From the NCBI RefSeq assembly GCF_004010195.1, contig NC_057711.1, positions 78,034,560 through 78,098,559 on the forward strand: a stretch of 64,000 bases of DNA. The letters run 5' to 3'. This stretch comes from Chiloscyllium plagiosum (Eukaryota). The notes under the pieces were generated by a model that saw only the letters and a program-made list of their open reading frames with translations, was not told the DNA's origin and ran no database searches. Made by a program: the position numbers and the translations under genes. Positions 12,471-25,319 of this stretch are shown here, piece by piece (the stretch's first letter is position 1; each line of letters begins with the position of its first letter).

Positions 12471-13699
12471 GGTCTGATTAGTACTTTGTTTAGTTTTAGA
12501 AAAACGCACCTAAATTATATAAATGTACATTGTAGTCTGTCTTTCTCTCCTATCTATCTCCATCTTTCTAATTCTGTGCTTGCCACCTGTCTATCTGGAA
12601 AGGCAATACAGAAAGTATAAATTGTTTTACTGGTCAGTAAGAAGTTTACATTGAGGTAATGAAAGCAGGGATTGGACATAAGGGGTAAGATTATTGCATA
12701 AAATATTTATTAAATTTCCTTAATTACTGTGAATACTTTTTAAATATTCATTCTTGGAATGTTGTATAATTGGCAAGCTAGCATTTACCACCCATTTCTG
12801 TTCGCCTTTGAGAATGTGCTGGCAAGACATTACATTGAATCGCTGCAGTCGCTAGTGAAGCTGGCATAATGTGCTGTAAAGTGGAGAGTTCCAGGATTTT
12901 GACCCAGTGATAATGAAGAAATTGTAATATATTTCAAAGTATGTGACTTGCAGCTGAAGTCTCCATGCACCTAATTCCCCTTGACCTTATGGCAGTAGGT
13001 ATCACAGGTTTAAGGAAATGCTTTCAACTAAGCTCTTTTGTGGTGGTTCATCTTCTTGATTGTGCACACTGTGGTCATGGGAATGCTGTTGGTGTACAGA
13101 GTGAATGTTTGTGATGGAAAGGGTGGTCAATCAAGTATTCTGTTTTGCCTTGAAGCATTGTTGGAGCTGCATTCATCCAGGGAAGCAGAATATTTTTATC
13201 ACACTCCTAATTTGGGGAAAGGATATGTTTCACTTGCCATAGAATACGCAGTTTCTGATTCTCTTATAGCTACACGTAAGTGGTTAACAGTAGGGAACTC
13301 AAAGGAATGTGGAGGGGCAACTGTTATAACTTCTAGTGTTGAAGTCAATGTGTAGCAGTTGGATGCCACTTATGAGTACATGTTTGAATGTTATTCAAAT
13401 ATTTGCTACATGCAGGACTGACTGTTTCCTGATCTTGGAAATTGTGAATGGTATTGAACACTAATAATTATCGTTAAATATCCCCACTTCCTCTCTGTGA
13501 TGGAGAGAATGTCATTGATTAAGCAGCTAATGGTGGACCACTGGCCTGAGGAATTTCTAATGCAATAGTTTGGACTATAATAATTAGCCTCCAACAACCA
13601 AACCCATCTTCCTTTGTATCAGATATGATTATAATCAGTGGAAAATTTGATGGAGTGGATAGATGTGTTAAATTAAATCTGATGCTAAAAGGAACAAAG

Positions 13700-14430
13700 T
13701 GATTTTGGGGTTGTATGAGGAAAAACAATATGCTAAATCATGTCATTTTTAAAGCGATGCAAGAAGAGGAAAACCTAGCTTTCTCTGCAGAAATCTCTGA
13801 AAGTGTTGAGACAGGTTTACAAAGGTGTTAATTAAGTTTTTGGGATCCTTGGCTTTGTAAATAAGAATTGAATAGGCTACTACCCTTATTTCTTACATTC
13901 CTAGTAAATATAAAATGCTAGGAACTTATGTTAAATATGTATAAATCATGTAGTTCAGCCACAGCTGGAAGAATAGGTGCCATTTATGTGTGGGCATTCT
14001 TCAACAACATGAAAGCTTTGCAGAAAGGATTTATTGGACTGATTCTGGGGATGAGCAACTACAGTTACTTGGATACATTGAAGGAGTTGGGGTTGTTCAC
14101 CTCACAGCAAATAAAGCTATCAGGAGATTTTATAAAATTGCATAATATCATAAAGGACTTGGAAATGATAAAAACATTGGGGAAGGGTTTTCCATTGTTA
14201 ACGCTCAGTGCGGCACAGATTTAAGCTGATTAGTAAAGGTTTGGAACATTGCCTAATGGGGCTAATTGAAATGTACAGTTCAAAAGAGTTTAATGTTGAT
14301 TTAATGCTCTTAAGGAGGAAAGATCTGCAGGAATTTGGGTTGGGGAAGGGAGTGGCATTTAGCAGAGTGCTTTTTGAAAGAGCCAGTACAGGTTCAGTCA
14401 ATTGATCTTTCCTATGCTGTACTTCCAATG
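13700..14430 (+). mobile_element. Old CR1 LINE ORF2 C-terminal fragment
   Basis: ORF 13928..14224 peptide LILGMSNYSYLDTLKELGLF...GDFIKLHNIIK is the CR1 ORF2 C-terminal motif. Confidence 0.65.
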
Positions 14431-14529
14431 ATAAGATTTAAAATACAATTCATATTTTGAACTATACCACAAGCAAAATTTGAGAGTGTAGCTGTATATT
14501 GTCTCACACAGAAACAGTATGGTTTAAAT

Positions 14530-14960
14530 AGCGTTTTTTTGTGGTAGCTGTGATCAGTTGATATAACTCTCGCAAATTGAGTCAGAAAATTAAAAATTCA
14601 AGTTCCTTTCTAGGGCCTGAGCGTACAAATATAGAGATTCCACTGCAGTACTAAAAGAGAACTGCATTTTAAGAGGTGTTGAATTCAGATGAGATATTAA
14701 ACCAAGGCCCTGCATATTATCTCAGATGGAGCTATGTGATCACCTGACAATTCTGTACAAGATTATACCTGATATCAAGATCACTATTTATCCTTAAATT
14801 TATAAAAAGATTATATGGTCCTTAGCAATGTGCCAACTAACAGTAACATTATATGTGCAAATCGGCTGTTGCGTTACAATACTGATACTTAAAACAAAAT
14901 TACTTAATTAGGTGTAAAATACTTTGGTTATATTGTGATTGTGGTAGGTAGTATACAAAC
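14530..14960 (+). mobile_element. Old DeuSINE/SacSINE1-like SINE
   Basis: Shares the core and tail of the 10490 copy. Confidence 0.45.
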
Positions 14961-15854
14961 ATAATCTTCCTTTAATTTTAGCAGAAAAAGAAAATTATGT
15001 ACTTCTCTTCTAGGAATCAGTGTCAGGACTTTATTTTTGTTCCAGTTGTGTTATTAAATAAAAGATGAATTGTGAATTGATATGTTGGTATCTATTGATA
15101 ATTGAAAAATTAATTGGATTTTATTTTGCTTGCAATGGGTTGTTTTTACTATATATTAGAAGTGCTTAAAATACTAGTTCTGTGCACTGTGGGGGCATTC
15201 TTTTATTAATCTGACTTTTTTAACATTTGTAAAAAAATCCCATTGTGTAATGAGTCAATCATTTCACAAGCTTGGAAAGATGAAAACAAGGGAAATTAGT
15301 TGGTCCAAGAAATTATTACAATAGAAAATAAAAACTGCATTTCCATTTAATCATCTGATTCAACTAATGCAAGTTTAAACCGTAACGTGTTGTTACATCA
15401 TTAATTTTGAACATCATATTACATCTCATTCACAAGAGTATTTCCAAATGTGTTCAGAACTGCATTATATTTGAATAAAACACTAGATGAAATATTGTAG
15501 TGACATTAATAAAGAGCATCAAAACTCTATTACTTGTAACTGTAGTAATTTCATTAATGGGTGAACTATTAGTAACTGCCTTTTCCAGTGACCAAAAGTG
15601 CATTAATAGCCTTCATGATAATCAATATTTTTGATCATGCTGAAGTAGAATTTAGAATTATAATACAACCTGGGTGCAAAGAACATTTCAGAAGTCATAG
15701 ATGACAGAAAATGCTAGATAATTGTGAAGAGAATAGTCACCAGCTTCAACAGGACAAAGGAATGTTAGTGGAATGGGCAAATACCTCAAGTGTTATTTAG
15801 CAAAGGAGTGCAAAGTGATTCCCCCTTGGTAGGAAGGAGGGGGAGAGGAAATAG

Positions 15855-17153
15855 AAATGAGTCTGACTTCGGTTGTGGGTAAATTGTTAGAGGTGATTCA
15901 AAAAGATAGTATTTATAGACATTTGGCGAGGCATAAATTGATTAGGGATAGTAAGCATGGTTTTATGCTAGGAAAATCAAGTCTCACAAACTTGATTGAA
16001 TTTTTTGAGGAAGTTACCAAAAAGATTGATGAAGGCAGTGCAGATTTTGTTTACTTGGACTTTACTAAAGCCTTTTACGAGTTTCCACCTGTCAGAATAA
16101 TTAGTAAAGTTAAATCACATGGGATTCAGCGTGAGCTTGCCAATTGGATACATAATTGGCTTAACAGCAGGAGACAGAATAGTGGTGGAGGGTTGCTTTT
16201 CTACAAGAATCGGTTCTTGGTTGTCTTTTGTTTGTCATTTATATAAATAATTTGGATGACGCTATAGAAAACATGCTAAGTTTGCAGATGACACCAAAAT
16301 TGGTAGCATAGTAAACAGTGAAGAAGGTTTTCTAAGATTACAAAGGGATCTTGATCAGATGGGTCAATGGCCTGAAAAAATGATAGATGGAGCTCAATCT
16401 GGATAAATATGAGGTTTTGCATTTTGGTACATTAAATGGGGCAGGGCTTACACAATTAATCGTATTGCTGGGTAGTGTTGTAGAACAGAGGAACCTGTGG
16501 GTTTGGGTACATAATTCTTTAAAGTTTGCCTTTAAAATATAGAAAGGGTGGCTAAAAAGGCATTTAGTGCACTTGCCTTCATTTCTCAGTACTTTGCGTG
16601 TAGGAGTTGGGAAGACATGTTGAGGTTGTACACAATGTTGGTGAGGCCTCTTCTGGGGTCCTTCTGGTAACCCAGTTACAGGAAGGATATTACTAAGCTA
16701 GACAGGGTTCAAGAGAAATTTACCAGGATGTTGCCAGGTATGGAAGGCTTGATTTATAAAGAGAGGCTAGGACATCTTTCATTGGGTCCTAGGAAATTGA
16801 TGGGTGAACTTAAGAGGGGTTTAAGTAAAATTAACGATTGGTGTCTTTTCCCTAGTTTGGGGGATTTCAAGATGAGAGAGCATATTTTTAAGGTGAGGAG
16901 AAAGATTTTAAAAAGAAATGAGAGGCAAATCTTTTACACTGAGGGTGGTTCACATGTGGAATGAACCTTCTGAGGAAGTGGTGGATGTGGCCACAGTTGC
17001 TGTGTTTAAAAGATACTTAGATGTGTCCATGAATAGGAAAGGATTGGAGGGATATGGGCCAGGAGCAGGCAGGTGGGACTAGTTTAGTTTGGGAAGATGG
17101 TCAGCATGGACTAGTTGGATTGAAGGGTCTGTTTCTGTGCTGTATGACTCTAT
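15855..17153 (+). mobile_element. CR1 LINE, 5'-truncated, decayed RT domain to 3' tail
   Basis: ORF 15857..16246 SLTSVVGKLLE...HGF..GKS.LTNLIEFFEEVT...YLDFTKAF; KFADDTK near 16280; TATGACTCTA tail. It appears to sit inside an older CR1 (about 15690-15855 and 17155-17870). Confidence 0.9.
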
Positions 17154-18757
17154 AACAAAAGGTACAATTTTAAACAAGCTTCAAGATTCGAGCGAACTGG
17201 GACTAAATGTGGACAGATTTTTTGAAGGTGCCTGGCAGCTTTGAAAAAGTTTATAATTTAACATAGAGGATCCTGGGTTTTATAAACAGGAAAATAGGAT
17301 ACAAAAATCCTGTGGAATCTTTATGACATACTAGTTTGGCCAACTGGAGTATTGGTCCAATTTCAGACAGTACACTTTAAGACCTTGGGAAACCTGTGAA
17401 AGCTTTAGAGAAGGTGCAGAAGAATTTTAGAAGAATAACCTGGGGAATGGAAGCCTTCACTTACATAGTTTGGAAAAGCTTTGGTTATTCTCCTTGGATT
17501 AATATAGAAAATATCATAAAGCTTGACAGGATGCTTGATCGAGGTGATCAAAAAACAGATCTTAAAAAGAGGTAAATTATTCCCATTTGCAGGGACTGTT
17601 AAGATCTAAATAATGCAGATTTAAAGTAATAGTACAAATAATCAAGTGTGAAATGAAGAACATTTTATGCAACTGTTTTTCAGTGTACTTTCTGTAAGAG
17701 TGGATTCAATTGTTGCCATCAAGAGGGAAATGGACAGGCATCTGAAGGGGAGAAACACATAAGGCTATAGGGAAAGTGTGGGGAGTGGGACCAGTTAAGT
17801 TGTAATAGAAGAGAGCTGGCACAAGCTCAAAGAGCTTAATAGCCTCCCATGTTGGTAACTGTTGCATGAATTTATAAGTTGGTTTGAAAAATTTTGAGGT
17901 TGGTTATATTCTAAATTGTCTAATTTGTTTGCATTGTTAGTATCTCCACTGAGAGCTTAATCTAATTAGTGAAATAGATAATGAGTAATGTAAATACTCA
18001 GTTATTTATTTGTGTAATATTGTTTCAACTACAAGTTTTAAAGGAGTGTTAGAAAAACCTTCATCAAGGTAAGAGATACTTCACGTAATGTAAGCACATT
18101 TCATTTTTATGAGTGAGCTCTTGTATCTGGATCAGGAAAGTAGGATGTCAGTAGGGTCATTGTGACTATTCTCTGTTCATGCTGGCCATATGAGGTGCAT
18201 AGAAATGAATGGAGTTGCAAACTAAGATCGACTATGCAGATCTAGGTGAGAGGCTTGGCACTTGATCGTGCCAAACCTTACCTTTACAGGTCTTTGATCC
18301 TCTTGATCTCCAAGCTCACTTCCTTAACCTGCCTTTGGGAAAGTTCATCTCACTGAATCTTCTCAGGCCCTCAGTTGCAGCTCTTGGCTAGAATGGGAGA
18401 CTCTGGGACCTGCTTTTGCGGATCTCTTCACTGTTCCAATAGTGCTGCAGCCTATAATATGTAATTTTGTTATTTTTTTGCTGAAGAGTATAAAGGATCT
18501 TTTTAAATTAGAAATCTGTCCCATAAGATAGTTAGCATTTTATCCTGCCAACTGTTTCTTAATCAGGCAGCATGGAGACTGATTTTTAATTGATTTGCTC
18601 TAGCAAAGAACAATCAGATGGTCTCTGACTCTTGTGATTGGGCTTACAATTTGTAAATTGCCCAATGGCCAAAAAGCAACAAAGTCAGGAAAGTTTTTAG
18701 TCCATTGTATCAAATACAGAATGGTTTGATCCAAGTAAATGTCATGGCACTACTCAG

Positions 18758-19278
18758 TTGAAACTTTATTGCTGGAACAGCACAGCAGGTCAGGCAGCAT
18801 CCAGGGAACAGGAGATTCGACGTTTCGGGCACAGGCCCTTCTTCAGGAATGAGCAGAGAGTGTTCAGCAGGAGAAGATAAAAGGTAGGGAGGAGGGACTT
18901 GGAGGAGGGGCGTTGGAAATGTGATAGGTGGAAAGAGGTCAAGGTGAGGGTGATAGGTCGGAGTAGGATGGAGGCGGAGAGGTCAACAAGAAGACTGCAG
19001 GTCAGGAAGGCGACGTGGTCGACGGTGCCCTCCACCGCATCTCCTCCACTTCCAACTGACCTCTTTCCACCTATCACATTTCCAACGCCCCTCCTCCAAG
19101 TCCCTCCTCCCTACCTTTTATCTTCTCCTGCTGAACACTCTCTGCTCATTCCTGAAGAAGGGCCTGTGCCCGAAACGTCGAATCTCCTGTTCCCTGGATG
19201 CTGCCTGACCTGCTGTGCTGTTCCAGCAATAAAGTTTCAACTTTGATCTCCAGCATCTGCAGACCTCACTTTCTCCTC
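18758..19278. mobile_element. Young Penelope-like element remnant: inverted pLTR pair with 15-bp TSD
   Basis: TSD CATGGCACTACTCAG at 18743-18757 and 19279-19293. 185-bp inverted arms at 18757-18941 and 19057-19241. Confidence 0.85.
19148..19183 (+). ncRNA. Minimal type-I hammerhead ribozyme motif (PLE type)
   Basis: AUUC-CUGAAGA-A-GGGC(CUGU)GCCC-GAAA-CG-UC^GAAU: intact core, 4-bp stems I and II, palindromic ACGU stem III. Mirror copy on - at 18815-18850. Activity not shown. Confidence 0.7.
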
Positions 19279-20624
19279 CATGGCACTACTCAGAAAAGGA
19301 GTGGGTAATATTTGCAGTGTTGTAGCTGGTGATAATACTAAGAATAAGTGTTTGCTCTTTTACCTTGTTTACAGAACGTACTACACAAAAAGGTACAAAG
19401 CAATAATGTTAATGTGTAACATTAACACTGAAGTTAAAATTAATTAATTGTATGTGAATTGCTTTGAGATATTTCTATTAGACATGATACGTTTAAGAAA
19501 GCAAGTCTTCCTTGTTTCCCCACCAAGTTTGAGCATTGCTAATTGAGTATTTGTTTACAAAAACTATTTACCTTGTGACTTTTGTCTCAGCATAACTCTG
19601 TGTGGTAAAGCCTTCTTAATGGTAAAAACAATAGTGTAGCATTCTATTGTTTTCTGATAAATTTCATGCTTTAGCTTGATTTTTTTTAAACTGAGGAATT
19701 TTTTCCAATTGATTTTATAAAAGGAAGACACAGTCAAATTAGAGAGATAATCCAAAACACAACTTGAGAAAGTGAATTTGTGTGGTCGGATTGAGAGATC
19801 GCTGCTGGGATTGAATGCTTATTCTACATTTAACACCTAAACATTAGCATTGAACATTGGGAGCCCCAACTTCACAGTCTCTGGTGGTTATTACGTTTGC
19901 TTTCACTATCTCTAATGCAATTATAGATTTCGTACACTTCATACATGATAACACTGTCTAATGCTCCTGAAGTATCATGTGACCTTAATCCTGAAAACCT
20001 AGCTCTTTGACTATGTGTTATTGTTTGGTTGAATATCTCCTTTTTGGGTCTCTGTATGAATTTCTTTGATAATACTCGTGAAATGACATTGGATGTCTTG
20101 TTATATTAGAGATACTATATAAATGCAAGTTGTTTTTACTTTATCTTCAGGTCCCTTATTGTTTCCTATCTCTATAACCTCATTCATCTGTTTAAGCCTC
20201 TCCAATTTCTACAATCCTCCAATTCTGGATCATTGCATTTTATTGATTATCTTCATTCCATTATTGGCAATTTGCCTTCAGTTGCTGAGGTTCTCATCAT
20301 GGCAGTTACCTCCTTAAATATCTCTACCCCTTTCTCCTTTTAAGCAGTTTGTGTAATACTTTGTCTAAACTTTGAGTCATTTGTCTTAAAGTCTCCTAAT
20401 CTGGATTGATACCAAACTTTAACAATTGCTGTCTACTTTTCAGTTAGTATTCTCAAGTTTCTCCATGTTCCAAATAGTGTCAGTAGGCTCAAATAAAAGG
20501 TGAAGAATGTAGTTTAGTTTATACTTCATGTTACATCTACACAGCCAGTTGGACACCATTGAAGGGGTTGTGCAAGATCTTGCATAGATGCCTTGCAAAT
20601 ATTGTTAATTTCATCTTCTAATAT

Positions 20625-21680
20625 GCAATTTGATTGTTGTCACATATACTGAGATACAGTGAAAAGTGTTGTTTTGCATGTTTATACAATCAGATTGTAC
20701 CATACGAAGTGCATCTGTGTAGCAGAGCAGAGTACAGAATACAGTGTTGCAGCCGCAGAGAGACATCAGAATTATCATTTGAGATGTCCATTCAAAAGCC
20801 TGAATACAGCAGGGAAGAAGCCGTTTATGAATCTATTTGTACATGTGTTCAAACTTTTGTATTCTCTGCCTGATGGAAGAGGATAGAAGAGGTCTTTGAT
20901 TATATTGGTTGGTTTCCTCGAGACAGCAGGAAGGACAGATGGAGTCAGTGAATGGGAGGCTGTTTTGCATGATGTCATGAGTTTTGTTCACAACTCTCTC
21001 TAGTTTCTTGTGGTCTAGGGAAGAACAGTTGCCATGTTATGCTGCGATGCATCCAGATAGATGCATCTGTAAAAATTGGTAAGAGTCCTTATGGGCATGC
21101 TGAATTTCCTTAGCCTCCTGAGGAAGTAGAGACAGTGTTGTGCTTTCTTGGCTGTTGCATCGATGTAGGTGTACCAGGACAGCTTGATGATCATCTCTCA
21201 CAGGAACATGACGCTCTTGACCATCTCCACCTCAGCATTATTGATGCAGACAGGGGCGTGCTCTCCACTCTGCTTCCTTAAGTCAGTGACGTTAATGGAG
21301 AGATTGTTGGCATTATGCCATGCCACTAAGCACTCAATCTCTTTCCTGTATTCTGTCTCCTCGTTGTTTGAGATCAGACCGACAATGATGTTGGCAATGC
21401 AAATTTGTAAATGGAGTTGGGTATATATTGGCCGCACAGTCATGAGTGTATAAGGAGTATGGTAGAGGAATGAATATGAAGCCTTGCAGGACACTGGTGT
21501 TGAGGATAATAGTGGAGGGAATGTTGTCACCTATTCTTACAGATTGCGGTCAATGGGTCAGGAAGTCAAGGATCCAGTTATAGAGGGGGAGCCAAGTATA
21601 GAATTAGGTTTGTTGAGAATTATGGTGTTGAAGGCGGAACTGCAGTCAATAAGTAGGAGCCTGATGTTATTCAGATGAGC
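20625..21680 (-). mobile_element. Rex1/Babar-like LINE 3' fragment
   Basis: ORF 21198..21530 IVGLISNNEETEYRKEIECLVAW..ANNLSINV, and ORF 20775..20978 PLPSGREYKSLNTCTNRFINGFFPAVFRLLN. Confidence 0.8.
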
Positions 21681-23865
21681 TACTTCAGCTCCTGGATGAC
21701 AATGTTGATATTGTAGTTTGTACTGTCATGAGAAATACAAGTAAATCTTATCTGGATCTGTTCCTGAGATGGACATTTGAGAAATAGGCTTTGAAAATCT
21801 TTATCTCTGCAGGTATCTTTGCCTGTTTGAGCTGCAACTAAGTTTTGAGATTGTAGTTAAATCATCTTCAGTGACCAGATTAATGTTTTGTATTAGATCC
21901 TTTGCAGCTTTTAAGCAATGACATTTTTCAACTTAATGTTTGATTGTCATTGTAGATTCGGTTGCACTGTATCTGATGCTGTGTCTATTTATGGCTAAGT
22001 GTTTGAAACCTAAAGGATTGCTGTGTGAATCTGTTAGATGCTCCTATATGTTTCTGCAAGCATTATTGAATCAAAGATAATCAAAGTGACATTGTAGTTA
22101 GATTAAATAAACAGGAAATCTGACAGTTTAACAGGACAGAGTCTTTTCTGGCAATAGATGTTGGACAACAGGCTTGGCTGTTATGTCCCTGTGTTAATGG
22201 AGTCTGCCAAAACTAAGCACACACATAGATTGACAAACCTAGGTGTTACCACGATGAATATCGCATATGAAACCACCCACAGGTCAGAGTGCAGGAAAAG
22301 AAACATAAACTAAATTAGCAAAAATATGTTCAAAATGATTTAAAAACTTCAGACTTTCCAGGAATTCTTGCTGCACCAAGTATAATGATTCAATTTAAAG
22401 CAAACATGTTCGGAGACGATATCCAGATTTCACAAAGTACAGTACATTAGATTTTCTGATATTTGTGGAAATTTGGACATTTATTGCTATGTATCTATTG
22501 ATCTAAATTGAAGTCACATGATGGACCTGGATTTTAACAATGTTCAGCCCATGTGAAAGGGTGGAAAGAAAAGGCTAACTCTGTCAAAGTGTCAGTCTTG
22601 ACCCAACTAGCCAAGTTATCAAATGCAGCAAGATTAGTAGCACTGAGTCATGGACACAGTTGTTCACTTCTTGTAGAGAGGCAGAAGAGCTCTAAAGATA
22701 TGCAGATAATGATCCTATATGATTTTAAGTACCACGACATAGCTTCATACAGGTTCACATGATTGCTAAGAGATCCTTTGAAGCATGTTCATTCACTTCA
22801 TTATGGATTATGTTTTTGTAATCATTATTGGATTTGCTAGTACTTTGAGGAATCTTTATGAAGTCAGAAGTCATATGTAAGTGCATAGGAATGAATATGC
22901 AAACATACAAATTAGAAGCAAATGTAAACCATTCCGCTCCTTAGAAAAGAGCAGCACCAACTTGCAAAATAACCACAGCAGAGACCAGGTCCACAGAAGG
23001 CTTAGCTAACCTCATAAAAAATACAAACCAAAACTTCTTCCTTGGTCTGCCTGAGGAACAGTATGTCAGGTCACTGCAGATCTCTAGTCTCCTCAAAAAA
23101 GACCTGCTTCCTACTTGATAATCGTTGGCAGTGAGTCACGAGACCTCTCCATTTTTACACCTCAGGTTCCCACAGAAGCCAGGTAGGATCGAATCTCCAT
23201 CATCCAACCATTAATGCATCAAGAACACTGATCATTAGAATTGCACTGCCCAACATTCTTCCCCAAAGCACAGGAACTATGCTCATATTAAGGCGATTTC
23301 TGACAAGGAAGCAGTCTTTTATAACCAGAAGGACTTCAACCCCATCACTTCCAACCACAAGAAGAGGTTCATCTAAATGTATGCCTAAGATCCAGGGAAC
23401 TGCGAAAATGCTTTCATTGTAAGATTTTCAATATCACACCCATCACAGTGTGATGAACTACCATCAGTATTTGACAGTGGCAGCTTGAGGGGTAAGGGGC
23501 ACCCCTGTTTACCATTCTACATCAGAACAAATGCTACAGCAGCTACATCACTGCAGGGTGAATCGAATACTCAAGTTGAGTTTCAGATGACTTGATAGTT
23601 CAAGAGGCACCCTGTGATATTTGTTATGTAGAATGTGACTATCGATGATTCAAATATCTCAGCAAGAGGCCCAGCAATCACTTCTCTAGCTTTCCACAGA
23701 GTTCTAGGATACACCTGATCAGGCCCTGGGGATTTACCCACCTTTATGCATTTCAGGACATCCTTGCATTGGATGCATGCCTATGGCATGATACCCTAGA
23801 TGCTCACTCCTTAACAACCTCAGTCCAGGTTGTCTTCATTACAGGAGCAGATTTCTTCTTGACCC

Positions 23866-23995
23866 TTCCTGATGAAGTGTCCTGACCTGAAACAGCAACT
23901 CTCCTGCTCCTCTGCTGCTTAACCTGCTGTGCTTTTTTAAGCTTCACACTTTATTGAATTTGACTTTCTAGCATCTGCAGTCCTCACTATATCCA
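23866..23995 (+). mobile_element. Degenerate Penelope-like pLTR fragment
   Basis: TTCCTGATGAAG...CCTGAAAC...CTAGCATCTGCAGTCCTCACT, matching the family tail. Confidence 0.6.
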
Positions 23996-25319
23996 GATCG
24001 CTTCTTCCCACTTGAATGGATCAGCACTTCCTGCCTGACTCTCTCTGCACCTCCTGTGTTTTGAGGAAGTAACTCTCATTTTAGCCATGAGTCTTGGCAG
24101 CAGGCCCATTGAATCATGTATCAGCTAAGAAACCTGAATGCAATGTTTGAATTGTCCAGATCCCCATGATGAATCATAGAGAAGGCACTCTTATTTCACC
24201 TTGTTACTATAAACCAAACCAACACATTTGTTTTTGGAAACCATTCAGTGAATTTAAATTTGAACATAATTTGTTTTGAAATTTCATGACCACAAAATTT
24301 AAAAATCTTCGTTGAAAGTTAAGAACCAATATTGTTAACAATCATAACCAAGTTATGTTCTGTTAAGCGTCAAAATCAGAGGAAGTTAATAAAAATTAGC
24401 TTTTCCGTCCCAGACGTTTCCTGGTTCACTATTGACACTGAGATTCCTTGGAACTGTTGAGCCATAAAGGACAAGGTTCATAGTGTAAAGCATCACCAAA
24501 TTTGAAATTACAAAATAATGTGTGGTGAAATACAAAATGCTGATGAAGTTTTAAATCCTAAAGCAAAATTGAGGGTGCTGAGTTTTCACAGTTTTGAAGA
24601 ATGAATTGGAAATTATGAAATGAAATGAGAGTGGGAAGAAGAGTTAGTTTAGAAAGGTAATGTTAATGAAGTCTGTATGGAAACAATAAACTATTTTAAA
24701 TGCTGTCTAGTTACGTTCTGATTAACCTTGTAGCTCTAGTCTTGGATATACTGTGACCAAGAAGGCAAGAAGATTTAGTCACTATGAGAGAATTCTCATT
24801 TCTGAGTTACATTATGTTGGTACGTAATCATAGATTTAAAAAGATTTTAAAAATTTATATCATATCACTGACAAGATTCTGGAGTATAAAATGCATACTT
24901 TCCAGAAATAAGGTATAAACGTCCTCATTAATATTAAAAATAAAACGGTACCTTTTTGATCTTAAAATAATTTTCAGAAGTAAATGTACTAATATGCTGT
25001 CTAGCATAAAATAACTAGGTGTTATCTGTACTTGTGGAATGTTTTATTGGTCATAACCATCAGCTGATGTAAAATAATTATATGAAATATATTGTGTGAC
25101 AAATTGTAAAGATGTTTAAAAGTTCACTACTTAACATATTAAGAAGAATAATTATATCACAATCTGAGAAAGTAGAATTTGCAGGATATTTGCATGTTTG
25201 AACTGATCCAGATTACACACTTACCAATTTCTTCTGATTTTTAATAATTATTTTTCATGCTATCAAATTATATTGATATCACAACTAAATCTACATCTCC
25301 ATTCAAGATTTTGTTTTTT

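Noticed and set aside
15857..16246. Intact reverse transcriptase gene
   Set aside because: 5'-truncated CR1 with frameshifts and stops; no LINE in the window appears autonomous.
18790..19246. Overlapping ORFs of 95 and 115 aa on opposite strands
   Set aside because: By-products of the GC-rich palindromic repeat; low complexity, with no recognisable domain.
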